From Candidatus Kaiserbacteria bacterium (GTDB lineage Bacteria; Patescibacteriota; Minisyncoccia; Phycocordibacterales; UBA2100), in the NCBI GenBank assembly GCA_016217925.1, contig JACRFK010000004.1:133869-197868 (forward strand): a stretch of 64,000 nt of DNA, read 5' to 3'. Positions 17,683-26,497 of the stretch are shown here, in pieces. Position 1 is the first letter of the stretch. Each line of letters opens with the position of its first letter. The notes under the pieces are model-generated. The model made no database searches and was not told where the DNA came from. It worked only from the letters and a program-made list of their open reading frames with translations. A program made the translations under genes and the position numbers.

Positions 17683-18138
17683 CATATTTTAAGCCATATC
17701 TTGGCTTGTCCGATAGAGGACAGGGTTTATCCCCATGTATGTCCTTTACTCTGTCCTATAGGGGGCTACTATTCACCTTGGCCGCTCTTTCTGTCTCTCG
17801 TAACTCTAATCAGTTAACGAGTACATACATTACAAAGTACTCTCGCTACTAAATTAAACGGCACCTCTGTGTCGATTGGATGCAAAGGTACTTCGTGTAT
17901 AAACTCAAGTTCTTTTGGAGGAACGGAGATAACGCTAAAAGCCGCTTCACGGCGGCGACAGGTTAAAAGAGAAAGAAACCCGTCGCCAGGTGAGGCGGCT
18001 TTTTCTATTCCGGTTCGCTAGCTGCCTGTATCCCCTCAGAGCACGGACTTTTCTACTGAAAAGTCCTCAATCCTCGCCTCATCGGCTGCGGGGGCTCTTC
18101 GAGGACACAAGCAGCTCTCGAACGGCCCTCTTTTGTTG

Positions 18139-19608
18139 TTATGAAACGTGATGCTTCTCCCTCAATTTCTGTATGGCCGCTTCGTCCTCCTCTTCGCGGC
18201 GGTCTTTGCCTGCTTCGCCAAGCTTGCGCAGTTCGGCATCCTCAATTTTCATAAGTTCAGAGGCTTTCTTTTCCAGGTATTCCTCGGTGTTTTTGGCGGG
18301 CTCGTCGAGCACTTCTTCGAGGAGCGCGTGCAATATCCAACCGATGCGGGGGCCGGGCTTCTCGCCGAGTTCGATGAGTTTTGTGCCGTCGATCTTGAGC
18401 ATGCCGACGGAAACTGGATCGCGCATTGCTTCGTCCACCATCGACATGTATTTACGCAAACGGAACGGGTGCGCCTTGGGACGGCCGGTACCGATGCGAT
18501 CGCAGACACGCAGATTGAGAAGGTCGTTAATATTTTCCTTGCCCACACGCGCTATCACCCGGCGCACTGCCGAGAGTGTGACGACTTCCGGGTCCGAGAA
18601 AAACATATGCGTGCGTACGAGTGTCGCCACATTATGTGTCGTCTCTTTTGGAAACCTGAGCTCATTAAGTATCTTCTTGGTCATACGTGCCGAGACGACG
18701 TCGTGACCGTGAAATGTCCAATCTTTCTTCTCGTCCGACCATACACGGGTCGCCGGCTTGCCCACGTCGTGCAAGAGTGCGGCAAGGCGCACGTCGAGCG
18801 GCCAGTCCTTGTCTGCGGCGTGTTGGAGGCTTCGCATCAGGTGTTCGAATACATCGAATGAATGCGCCTGGTTTTGCGCACAACCGATACCCTCTTCTAA
18901 TTCCGGAATAACGTATTTGAGAATGCCGAGCTTTTGAGCCACATACAGAGCTTGCAGCGGGCGGGGACTTAATACGATGCGCACGAGCTCGTCGCGCACG
19001 CGCTCACGCGAGATTTTCGCAAGCTGTGCCGCTTGTGCATTGATACCTTCGGCCGTCTGCGCATCAATAACGAAATCGAGCTCGGCGGCGATGCGCACTG
19101 CGCGCAGCATACGCAACGCGTCTTCTTCAAATCGCTCGTGCGGATTTCCGACGGTCTTGATGCGTTTCGCCGAGAGATCTTCACGGCCGCCGTGCTCGTC
19201 GACGAACTCCCCCGTTGAGGCGTCATAAGCGATAGCGTTGATTGTGAAGTCGCGCCGCTTCAAATCTTCCGACAACGTATCGCTGAAGGTGACTTCGTCC
19301 GGATGGCGGGCGTTTGAGTACTTCCCTTCCGTGCGATACGGCGTCACCTCGATGACCTTGAGCCGCGGGTCTTCGGATTTTGTGACGACGCCGACGGTGC
19401 CGTACTCATTCTCATAAAAAGTGTCTTCGAAAAGTCCCTGGATTTTCTCCGGCGTCGCATCTGTCGTGATGTCCCAATCCTTCGGCTCGCGGCCGATGAC
19501 AAGATCGCGCACGCATCCGCCGACGAGGTACGCTTGGAATCCGGCAGTCTGCAGGGCGTCGGAAACGGACTGTACTTCTTTGGGGATGGCCAGCTTTACG
19601 GACTTCAT
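18139..19608 (-). CDS. cca: CCA-adding tRNA nucleotidyltransferase with HD domain
   Basis: VGGCVRD, DWDITT, DLKRRDFTINA, EDALRMLRA, LLHDVGKP; ORF-track start overlaps tRNA-Arg, so MKSVK is used. Confidence 0.9.
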   Translation of the reverse strand: MKSVKLAIPKEVQSVSDALQTAGFQAYLVGGCVRDLVIGREPKDWDITTDATPEKIQGLFEDTFYENEYGTVGVVTKSEDPRLKVIEVTPYRTEGKYSNARHPDEVTFSDTLSEDLKRRDFTINAIAYDASTGEFVDEHGGREDLSAKRIKTVGNPHERFEEDALRMLRAVRIAAELDFVIDAQTAEGINAQAAQLAKISRERVRDELVRIVLSPRPLQALYVAQKLGILKYVIPELEEGIGCAQNQAHSFDVFEHLMRSLQHAADKDWPLDVRLAALLHDVGKPATRVWSDEKKDWTFHGHDVVSARMTKKILNELRFPKETTHNVATLVRTHMFFSDPEVVTLSAVRRVIARVGKENINDLLNLRVCDRIGTGRPKAHPFRLRKYMSMVDEAMRDPVSVGMLKIDGTKLIELGEKPGPRIGWILHALLEEVLDEPAKNTEEYLEKKASELMKIEDAELRKLGEAGKDRREEEDEAAIQKLREKHHVS

Positions 19609-19634
19609 TTTGGTATTGTAACTCACAAGTGTGT

Positions 19635-19709
19635 TGGTGCTCCCGCCAGGATTCGAACCTGGAACGTCAGTTCCGAAGACTGATGTGATATCCATTTCAC
19701 CACGGGAGC
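19635..19709 (-). tRNA. tRNA-Arg(TCG), CCA encoded
   Basis: GCTCCCG/CGGGAGC acceptor, anticodon loop CTTCGGA, GGTTCGAATCC. Confidence 0.93.
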
Positions 19710-19825
19710 TAGCGAGGGGCAAAATGAAAGCTTGCTTTCACTTTTCCCGAGCGACGATTCCGTATGCTCCAGACCTACGGGAGCGTTCACGCATAATACG
19801 CGGGCATGCCCCTGAATACAATCTG

Positions 19826-19896
19826 TGCGGATACGGGGAATCGAACCCCGATCTGTACCTTGGCAAGGTACCGTTCTACCACTAAACCATATCCGC
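19826..19896 (-). tRNA. tRNA-Gly(GCC)
   Basis: GCGGATA/TATCCGC acceptor, loop TTGCCAA, GGTTCGATTCC. Confidence 0.93.
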
Positions 19897-19903
19897 GAGC
19901 GTC

Positions 19904-20584
19904 TCACATACTCGCATAATACTTCCGGTCCATCAACTCTTTTGGCAAGAGACTCATCCATTCGAGTATTTTCGTCTTAAAGTAACTGCTCGAAACCACA
20001 ATTATGCAAACGCCGTTCGGAAGTCGCTTCGTCTTGTGTCGTCCGGAAATCCTAATGCATTTCGTAAAGCTGTTCTTGTCGAGCGCGGAGTTTCTGGACC
20101 AATAAGTAAGGCACTCAGCGGCATTCAAGTCAGGATAAACGAGAACAGATGCCTTTATCTGTTTGCGCGGTATACGACATGCACGTGTCAGGAAAAATAC
20201 GAAGAGCCGTATCATCTCAGGATCAGTGTTCGTAAGGCGTGTATTATGCCGCGTAACCTTATCCCCCTCGCCCCAGTACAACATGAGTCCTGCTATAAAA
20301 AGAGGGTTGTATTTCAATTCTATGAACTCCTCCCGTGCTTCCCTCCGCGCCTCGTCGTAGGCGTTTTTTAGGTTGTTGCCGCGTATTTGATTAAGCTCGC
20401 GTAGCCTCTCTGTGCTCAACGTTGTGGCGGTCTTTGCGAGCCTCTTCCGGACACCTTGGGACCAATTCGCTTTACCAAACCAGCCCGAAAGGGTGGCTTT
20501 CGGAATCTTGAGAGCCTTGAGTATCTCGGAATAACTTTTCCCTTCACGGCGCATCGTGGTCGCAGCTTTCTTGTCGGCCCGCAT
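19904..20584 (-). CDS. HTH plus LAGLIDADG-like domain protein next to tRNA
   Basis: N-terminal GKSYSEI..IPKATLSGW HTH; AGLMLYWGEG, TNTDPEMI. Confidence 0.65.
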   Translation of the reverse strand: MRADKKAATTMRREGKSYSEILKALKIPKATLSGWFGKANWSQGVRKRLAKTATTLSTERLRELNQIRGNNLKNAYDEARREAREEFIELKYNPLFIAGLMLYWGEGDKVTRHNTRLTNTDPEMIRLFVFFLTRACRIPRKQIKASVLVYPDLNAAECLTYWSRNSALDKNSFTKCIRISGRHKTKRLPNGVCIIVVSSSYFKTKILEWMSLLPKELMDRKYYASM

Positions 20585-20598
20585 ATATACAGGATAAC

Positions 20599-20628
20599 AC
20601 GGGAGTTCGATTCTCCTCGCTCGCTCTA
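20599..20628 (+). pseudogene. tRNA 3'-half fragment (T arm plus acceptor strand)
   Basis: gggagTTCGAttctcc-tcgctcgct with no D or anticodon arm upstream; hairpin follows. Confidence 0.55.
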
Positions 20629-20690
20629 AGAACCAACGAAGAAAAACGCCGGGCATCCAGCGTTTTTCTTTGTGCAGAAGCTAATAAATC

Positions 20691-21683
20691 TTACTTCTTT
20701 GGCGGCGGAGTGATGATCGTTGCGGAAGTCGTTTTTGTCTCTTGGATGAGGAGCAGTTGGGTTACGCGCGGATGATTCCAGAACGCTGCAAGTAAGCCCA
20801 ATACGGCGATAAGGAATGCGGCGAGAGGCATCCAGAGAGCTGCTCTGCACGAGATAGAGAAGTACCAGAACGCGAGAAGAAGGAGCAGAAGACCAAGGAT
20901 TATGGTCGCAATTCGCTCAGGAGTGCGGGCCCATGTCGCAGCCATCGGGAATTCAGCCCAGAGGGCAGCGCCAACGATAAGCGTGTACAGCACGAGTAAG
21001 ACGAGCCACAGACGGTATGCACCCACGTCCGTCGAGCATATGTTGCGCAAAGGATTGGACACGGTCTTCACGACAGGGGCCGGAGCGACGTTTGTAATGG
21101 CGGGAGCTTGGGTCGCGGCTGTCGTAGAAGGAGCCACGGTTGGTTTGACAGCCGGGTTCACGACAGTGGTTATAGGTGCGACCGATGGCGCAGCAGTTAC
21201 GGTGCTTACTGGCTGGCTCGGAATCACCACGGGCCCTGAGCCCACGCTCATGGATACGACGGTCATACATACCGGGCTGCCAGTGCGCGCCGAGAGCAAG
21301 GTGACCGAGAGCGGAAGTGTGCCTACTATGGGCGTCGTCCCGATGTCAACGTGAACGCGGAGCATTCCCGAAGCGTCTACGCGGCGGGTCATAAGGTTGA
21401 AGGATATTGACGTGTTCCCTACTGAACCGAGAAGAGCAACATAAGAAGGATCAGAGACGGTGAATTCAAATGAATGAAGAGCCCCATCGTACATGTACGG
21501 AGTAAAGTTTGACACTGATATCGGCGCACAGGAATTACCGCCGACGGGCAATACCTGCGCCGTTTGCGCGGCGACCTCAAGTGCCGAGGCGTTCGTCGGG
21601 AAGGCCGTGAGAAAGAAGGTAAGAGCAGTCGAAGCAAGAGCAAGAACGAACAATTGATAAGTTGTAACTCCGACCTGTTTCAT
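20691..21683 (-). CDS. exported/membrane hypothetical protein
   Basis: Signal peptide, P/T/A-rich linker, three C-terminal TM helices. Confidence 0.75.
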   Translation of the reverse strand: MKQVGVTTYQLFVLALASTALTFFLTAFPTNASALEVAAQTAQVLPVGGNSCAPISVSNFTPYMYDGALHSFEFTVSDPSYVALLGSVGNTSISFNLMTRRVDASGMLRVHVDIGTTPIVGTLPLSVTLLSARTGSPVCMTVVSMSVGSGPVVIPSQPVSTVTAAPSVAPITTVVNPAVKPTVAPSTTAATQAPAITNVAPAPVVKTVSNPLRNICSTDVGAYRLWLVLLVLYTLIVGAALWAEFPMAATWARTPERIATIILGLLLLLLAFWYFSISCRAALWMPLAAFLIAVLGLLAAFWNHPRVTQLLLIQETKTTSATIITPPPKK

Positions 21684-21789
21684 ATGAGCGAAACGTAGTA
21701 TACGAGTGGCATTGGCGTCAAGGAGAAATCGTGTTGTAAATGGACGTTTTTACCGCTCTTCTGAGCCAAGAATTCTAAAGGACAAACGT

Positions 21790-22071
21790 TAATTATGCAC
21801 TTCAATCACGTGGTGTTTCTTGTTGGGCAAGAAAAGCGAGCAACGACAGAGATATTTTGTGCATGAAACTGTGGACAACTCTGTGGACATGTGGATAACG
21901 GACAGAGCTCTTTGCGTTGATGTCCGTTCTATGTGCAATATATCCATATAAGAAGCCATATATCTGGAAGAGCAGCTATCGGGCATAAAAGACAAATAAT
22001 GTTACTTAAGAAACACAATAGAGATGTTTCGCGTGAAATCCTCTTCATAATATGGCGTATACTGTGGATAT
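21790..22071. other. DnaA-box cluster, candidate oriC
   Basis: Perfect TGTGGATAA 21890-21898 plus near-consensus boxes at 21793, 21858, 21870, 21882, 21932, 22063; AT-rich stretch; parS-like site 22025-22040. Confidence 0.55.
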
Positions 22072-22464
22072 ATGGTTGGTGACGCAGCGAGAAAAGAAGT
22101 TGGTCGCCTCGGGGAAGACATCGCCGCTCAGTTTCTTCTAAGGAAGGGTTTCAGTATCCTTGCCAGGAATTATCGGAAGCCGTGGGGCGAGATCGACATC
22201 ATTGCGGAAAAGGACGGGATTGTGCGGTTCGTGGAGGTAAAGGCAGTTTCACGTGAACCTCTGTCGAGTATTTCGGATGAGATATCCAACTACAGGCCTG
22301 AAGAGCAGGTGCATCCCACGAAGCTCAAGAAGATCTGCCGGACAGCTGAGCTCTACATGGCTAATAACAAAGACGAAAGGGAATTTCAGGTTGATGTAGT
22401 AGGCGTATTTCTGGACATGAGGGGCCGCAAGGCCCGCTGCCGGCTCCTGGAGCAAGTCCTGTAG
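22072..22464 (+). CDS. yraN: YraN family (UPF0102) endonuclease-like protein
   Basis: GRLGEDIA, NYRKPWGEIDII, FVEVK. Confidence 0.88.
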   Translation: MVGDAARKEVGRLGEDIAAQFLLRKGFSILARNYRKPWGEIDIIAEKDGIVRFVEVKAVSREPLSSISDEISNYRPEEQVHPTKLKKICRTAELYMANNKDEREFQVDVVGVFLDMRGRKARCRLLEQVL

Positions 22465-22512
22465 CCCCACAGCGATAAAGGACACACTGTCCGATAGGAT
22501 GTCCCTTAGAAG

Positions 22513-23247
22513 CTAGACGGCCTTCCACATGAGTGAATGCATATTCCTGAATAAATCAGCAATATCTTTGTTCTCGATAACGACCGCAGAGAGATCCCGC
22601 AAGCTAATGAGGGCAACCTTTTCACTATAAATAAGCACGTCCACATTACTGTCGAACCAATCCGGGAGTTTTTTAGAGACCTTGTTTGAGGGCCCGTTCT
22701 TTTTACGTATCTCCTGTAGCGTTTTGTAGTGTTTGTCTGCGACGAACAGGTCGCGGCTCGCTATCGCGTATTGGGTTATAGATTTGTCAAAATCGTCGTA
22801 GTCTTGTTCGGTGAAATTCTCGAAGAATGTCGTAGGTGGGAAAATCGAATACACTACCCCGACTGTCTTGAAGAGATCCTCGTAGATGAGTTTCAGTTGC
22901 CGTTTCCCCTCGAAATACGTCACTCGCGGCCTATTTACGGCATACTCGTGAATAGTACCCATTTCAAGGATTGCGCCCTCTATATTGGCCATATTTCTAC
23001 GAAAGGTGGTGAAAACTCTCTGGGGGGCCACGGCGGAGTAATAGGTGCGTTTACCGGAGGGTTCACGTGTAACGTAGTCTTTTGCGAGCAGTTGGTCTAT
23101 GTACTCATAGCAAGATGCCCGTTTTATGCTGGTTTCTCGGGAGATCTGAGAAACGGTCATCCGTGGTCGTTTCAGTAGGGCGAGATATATATTTGCCTCT
23201 TTTTCATCCAGACCCATTGTCCGGAGTGCCTCCAGTGAGCGCTGCAT
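22513..23247 (-). CDS. TrmB-like HTH transcriptional regulator
   Basis: MGLDEKEANIYLALL, RASCYE, PRVTYFEG, IENKDIA. Confidence 0.8.
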   Translation of the reverse strand: MQRSLEALRTMGLDEKEANIYLALLKRPRMTVSQISRETSIKRASCYEYIDQLLAKDYVTREPSGKRTYYSAVAPQRVFTTFRRNMANIEGAILEMGTIHEYAVNRPRVTYFEGKRQLKLIYEDLFKTVGVVYSIFPPTTFFENFTEQDYDDFDKSITQYAIASRDLFVADKHYKTLQEIRKKNGPSNKVSKKLPDWFDSNVDVLIYSEKVALISLRDLSAVVIENKDIADLFRNMHSLMWKAV

Positions 23248-23441
23248 GAGGGCAGTATCTCAGATACACAGAATATGTCAATAAATCCGACACATTTGTG
23301 CTAATAAGTATTCAGGAAGGGCTTAGAGTATAGATTTGATAGTCTATGATGTCGCATATTACAGCATATTATCTGAACTTCGTCCATAATGCTGCCAACT
23401 GGAGAAGGGCTCCAGAGTTCATTGAAAGGGAGACAAAGGCT

Positions 23442-23657
23442 ATGCGCAAGATTATTGGATGGTTGCTCATCGTCATTCTGCTCATTGGAGCAGGATATCT
23501 GGTTGTGAATCCCCCGAAAGCTGCCTGCTTTATAGGGTCGGGCCACTACACGAATCGTTGGAGAGGGCCACTTGAGGGCCGCGAACAGTGGATAGCTGAT
23601 CGTATGTCCAACGCGGCAGTTCGTGACGGTTGCTACGGCTGGGGGAGGGATCCATGA
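23442..23657 (+). CDS. small membrane-anchored hypothetical protein
   Basis: N-terminal hydrophobic helix; stop overlaps next ATG. Confidence 0.55.
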   Translation: MRKIIGWLLIVILLIGAGYLVVNPPKAACFIGSGHYTNRWRGPLEGREQWIADRMSNAAVRDGCYGWGRDP

Positions 23658-24136
23658 TCACTAATGCTTGCCACTTCAAAACCAAGTTCGGAATGTTCGA
23701 TCTAACGCTCCATAAGCGGTTCTGGTGGAGTAAAGGTTATCTAGCGCTCACCTACGGCGATACTGCAAGCGGCATACCTATAATCCGCCTGCAGTCAACT
23801 TGTCTCTTCGGAACGGCACTTCACTCGATTGAGTGTGATTGCAAACGCCAACTCAATGATGCGTTCAGGCAAATCAAGAAACATGGTCGAGGAGTCGTTG
23901 TGTATGCGCTCGAAGAAGAGGGAAAGGGGAACGGACTTGAAGACAAAATTGACTCGATGCTAGACAAATGCGGTCATCCTTACCTCGATAGTCTGTACGT
24001 TCTGGTGGATAAACGTAGGTATTCGGGTGCCGCGCGTGTTCTTACAGAACTTTCTGTTAGTAAACGCATCCACGTGCTTACCCAGAACGAAGAAAAGTGT
24101 GAAGCCCTTCGGAAAGCGGGTTTCGTTATTCTCTGA
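23654..24136 (+). CDS. divergent GTP cyclohydrolase II (RibA)-like protein
   Basis: RLQSTC..ECDC zinc ligands, EEGKGNG, DKRRY, LTQN. Confidence 0.8.
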   Translation: MITNACHFKTKFGMFDLTLHKRFWWSKGYLALTYGDTASGIPIIRLQSTCLFGTALHSIECDCKRQLNDAFRQIKKHGRGVVVYALEEEGKGNGLEDKIDSMLDKCGHPYLDSLYVLVDKRRYSGAARVLTELSVSKRIHVLTQNEEKCEALRKAGFVIL

Positions 24137-24152
24137 AAGATGAGTTGTTCTC

Positions 24153-24185
24153 AGCCTCCGGTTTGACCCGGAGGCTTTTCTTTTG
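24153..24185 (+). terminator. intrinsic terminator
   Basis: agcctccgg..ccggaggct followed by T tract. Confidence 0.7.
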
Positions 24186-24212
24186 TCTTGTGGTAGCATG
24201 CGCAACGAAGGA

Positions 24213-24283
24213 CGGGGCGTAGTATACCGGTAGTACGTCTGCTTTGGGAGCAGATAGACCGAGTTCGATTCTCGGCGCCCCGA
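24213..24283 (+). tRNA. tRNA-Pro(TGG)
   Basis: CGGGGCG/CGCCCCG acceptor, loop TTTGGGA, GTTCGATTC. Confidence 0.92.
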
Positions 24284-24286
24284 ATG

Positions 24287-24431
24287 CAATGAGGAAGAAC
24301 AGGCAAACTGCTTTGCCTGTGTCCGGAATCGAAAGGCGGAGCGCTGCCGCTTTGCGGCCGCGAGCCCGGGCCGGCGGTACTTATGAACAAAGCGAATTAG
24401 TAACCGTGGCCGATTCTCGGCGCCCCGAATG
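24287..24431 (+). mobile_element. tRNA-anchored mini-element with 21-bp duplication of tRNA 3' end
   Basis: cgattctcggcgccccgaatg at 24266-24286 and 24411-24431. Confidence 0.65.
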
Positions 24432-24449
24432 TTGTGCGCAGCCGCAGTC

Positions 24450-25652
24450 CTACTTTCCGAGCTGCGCTACGTAGAGGTCTATCAATCTTGGCGCGGTGTG
24501 TGTATTAAAATCGAGTGCTTCAGCGACGATATCACCGCCGAGCGTGGTCGCGATGTCGAATTGTGTTTGGGTTGCGAGATCGCGATTGATGTAACTTAGA
24601 GTAACGGCGCGGAGGTCGCGCGTGGCGGTGGTTTCGCCCTCGCTCGTCGTTGATATGAGGGCGATGAGCCTGCCCCAGGCATTCACGACGGCGCCGCCCG
24701 AAGAGCCACCTTGCGCCTCGATGATGCCGCCGAGGGAGATGAGGTCGACCGTTTTTGTGGCGAATGTCATGAGCGCTCCTATCGTGGTCACCGAGGATGC
24801 TGGATACATATTGAATTGTGCCGCCGCCGCAAGGAATTCTGCGGGATAGGTGGCCACCAAGACCTGGTCGTCCTTGAAGCCGATGGCCTCTCGCGTGTCC
24901 ACGGGGAGATGGGGGAAGTAGCTCGGGAGCGGCGTACTGTCGACCGTGCCAGTTATGCGCAGTAGGGCGTAGTCGTGTTCACCGGTGCCGACCGGATTCT
25001 TCATCTCAATCTCGGGGGCGTGGACCTCGACCCATACGGGCGGGATGTAGAGGATCTCGGCGTGCCACCGTGGGGTCGCCGGTGCCCCCGTGCGAATAAC
25101 ACAAGATAGGTTAATGCGCGAGCTCTGAGAGAGGAGCACGTATTGCGCGACGTGTGCATTGGTGAGTATGACTCCTCGCGGGTCAATGATTACTCCGGAA
25201 CCGGAAATAGGGGATAGAGACGCCGCGCCGCGCGGCGTGCAAAGGATATTTACAAGTGCGGGTCGCGTAATCGCATTTATGGATTCAAATGAAACTGGCG
25301 CGAAGGAATAGGGGTTCTTGATACGCAAGGCCTGGTTGTCGGGCGGCCTCTGTTGTGCGACCGGCTGTTTTACCGTCACTTTTTTTACAACGGTTTTCGC
25401 TGAGGTAGTTGCCTTGGTCTGCTCGGTAGTTGAGGTCGCCAGGGGGAGGGGTGCGTCGGTCCCGATATTCACCGCTGCTGCCTGTGCCTCGCCCGTCGGT
25501 CTCGCCCCGCCGCCCGCGGGGCTCGTCTCGGGCTCTGCGACTATCGGAGTTATCGTAGGTGTCGGCCATTGGTAGAGAACGAGAAAGAAACCGCTCGCGA
25601 TCAGGGCGAGTGCCGCTATGTTGACTAAAAGTGAGGAGAGGCCGGATTTCAT
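24450..25652 (-). CDS. membrane-anchored trypsin-like (S1) serine protease
   Basis: GSGVII, LTNAHV, DYALL, GSSGG. Confidence 0.85.
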   Translation of the reverse strand: MKSGLSSLLVNIAALALIASGFFLVLYQWPTPTITPIVAEPETSPAGGGARPTGEAQAAAVNIGTDAPLPLATSTTEQTKATTSAKTVVKKVTVKQPVAQQRPPDNQALRIKNPYSFAPVSFESINAITRPALVNILCTPRGAASLSPISGSGVIIDPRGVILTNAHVAQYVLLSQSSRINLSCVIRTGAPATPRWHAEILYIPPVWVEVHAPEIEMKNPVGTGEHDYALLRITGTVDSTPLPSYFPHLPVDTREAIGFKDDQVLVATYPAEFLAAAAQFNMYPASSVTTIGALMTFATKTVDLISLGGIIEAQGGSSGGAVVNAWGRLIALISTTSEGETTATRDLRAVTLSYINRDLATQTQFDIATTLGGDIVAEALDFNTHTAPRLIDLYVAQLGK

Positions 25653-25719
25653 TTGCTTGAATATACGCTGTCTGGGTAGTTTTCGCAAAATCACGAATTC
25701 AGTGTATTCTTCTCTAAAA

Positions 25720-25790
25720 GCGGGATTAGTTTAGTGGTAAAACGTCAGTTTTCCAAACTGAAGTTGGGAGTTCGATTCCCCCATCCCGCA
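25720..25790 (+). tRNA. tRNA-Gly(TCC)
   Basis: GCGGGAT/ATCCCGC acceptor, loop TTTCCAA, GTTCGATTC. Confidence 0.92.
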
Positions 25791-25961
25791 TTAAAACTGC
25801 CGACGCCACAGCGACGCTGTGGCGTCGTGCTGGTTTTTGCGGGTGGGTGATGAGAAAGACGGAGGCGGGGCCCCCGCGAGCTCGCGGGGAGCCGAGTCGG
25901 GGTCGCGGAAATTCGCGAGCGGCGGCGAACGAATTACCGTGACCGATTCCCCCATCCCGCA
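25791..25961 (+). mobile_element. tRNA-anchored mini-element with 18-bp duplication of tRNA 3' end
   Basis: cgattcccccatcccgca at 25773-25790 and 25944-25961. Confidence 0.65.
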
Positions 25962-25964
25962 CAT

Positions 25965-26008
25965 TTCGACAGGTTCGACGAGCTCACCGCAAGCAAGTTC
26001 AGTGCAAG
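25965..26008. repeat. nested pair of TTCGAC..GCAAG elements
   Basis: ttcgaCA[ggttcgacgagctcaccgcaag]CAagttcagtgcaag. Confidence 0.5.
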
Positions 26009-26012
26009 CGAA

Positions 26013-26043
26013 ACAAAATCCCGCCACTACGGCGGGATTTTGT
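26013..26043. terminator. bidirectional terminator
   Basis: acaaaatcccgcc-actac-ggcgggattttgt. Confidence 0.75.
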
Positions 26044-26060
26044 GTAGAAATGCTAAAAAG

Positions 26061-26336
26061 CTATTTCACCGCATCCTTCAAAGTCTTGGAAGCGCGGAAC
26101 TTCGGCACCCGCATCGCCTTAATCTGAATGGTAGCGCCCGTGCGTGGGTTTCTACCCGTGCGGCCCGCTCGTACCTTCGCCTGGAAGATACCCAAACCTG
26201 CTATCGAGACCTCCTGACCGGCCTTGAGCGTATTGGTAATCATGTCAATGATCGCCTCTACTGCGCGCTCACCGTCGGCCTTCGTGCAGCCGATTGTTGC
26301 TGCCACTTTCTCAACCAAATCCATTTTATTTGCCAT
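26061..26336 (-). CDS. hup: HU family DNA-binding protein
   Basis: NKMDLV, GLGIF, RTGRNPRTG, PKFRASKTLKDAVK. Confidence 0.95.
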   Translation of the reverse strand: MANKMDLVEKVAATIGCTKADGERAVEAIIDMITNTLKAGQEVSIAGLGIFQAKVRAGRTGRNPRTGATIQIKAMRVPKFRASKTLKDAVK

Positions 26337-26497
26337 ATATTTTTGTTATACGTCTATTAAATAATAACCGTCATGCGCACTCGACCTCCCTCCAGACCAT
26401 TTTGAGCCGTATTTTCGGCGTGTCAATTGACAAAAGCCCATTTTCCACAGCTTTTGAGCCGCGGAATAACTACCGAAAATATGGCTCAACAGAAGCC

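Noticed and set aside
17770-18070. Possible RNase P RNA (minus-strand AAAAGTCCGTGCTC resembles GAGGAAAGTCC) or tmRNA (GGGGGCTA at 17761)
   Set aside because: No complementary P4 partner strand and no tmRNA T-arm/CCA end found; the motif is explained by a local hairpin
19609-19722. N-terminal extension of cca in the ORF track
   Set aside because: It overlaps tRNA-Arg; a -10 box precedes the ATG at 19608
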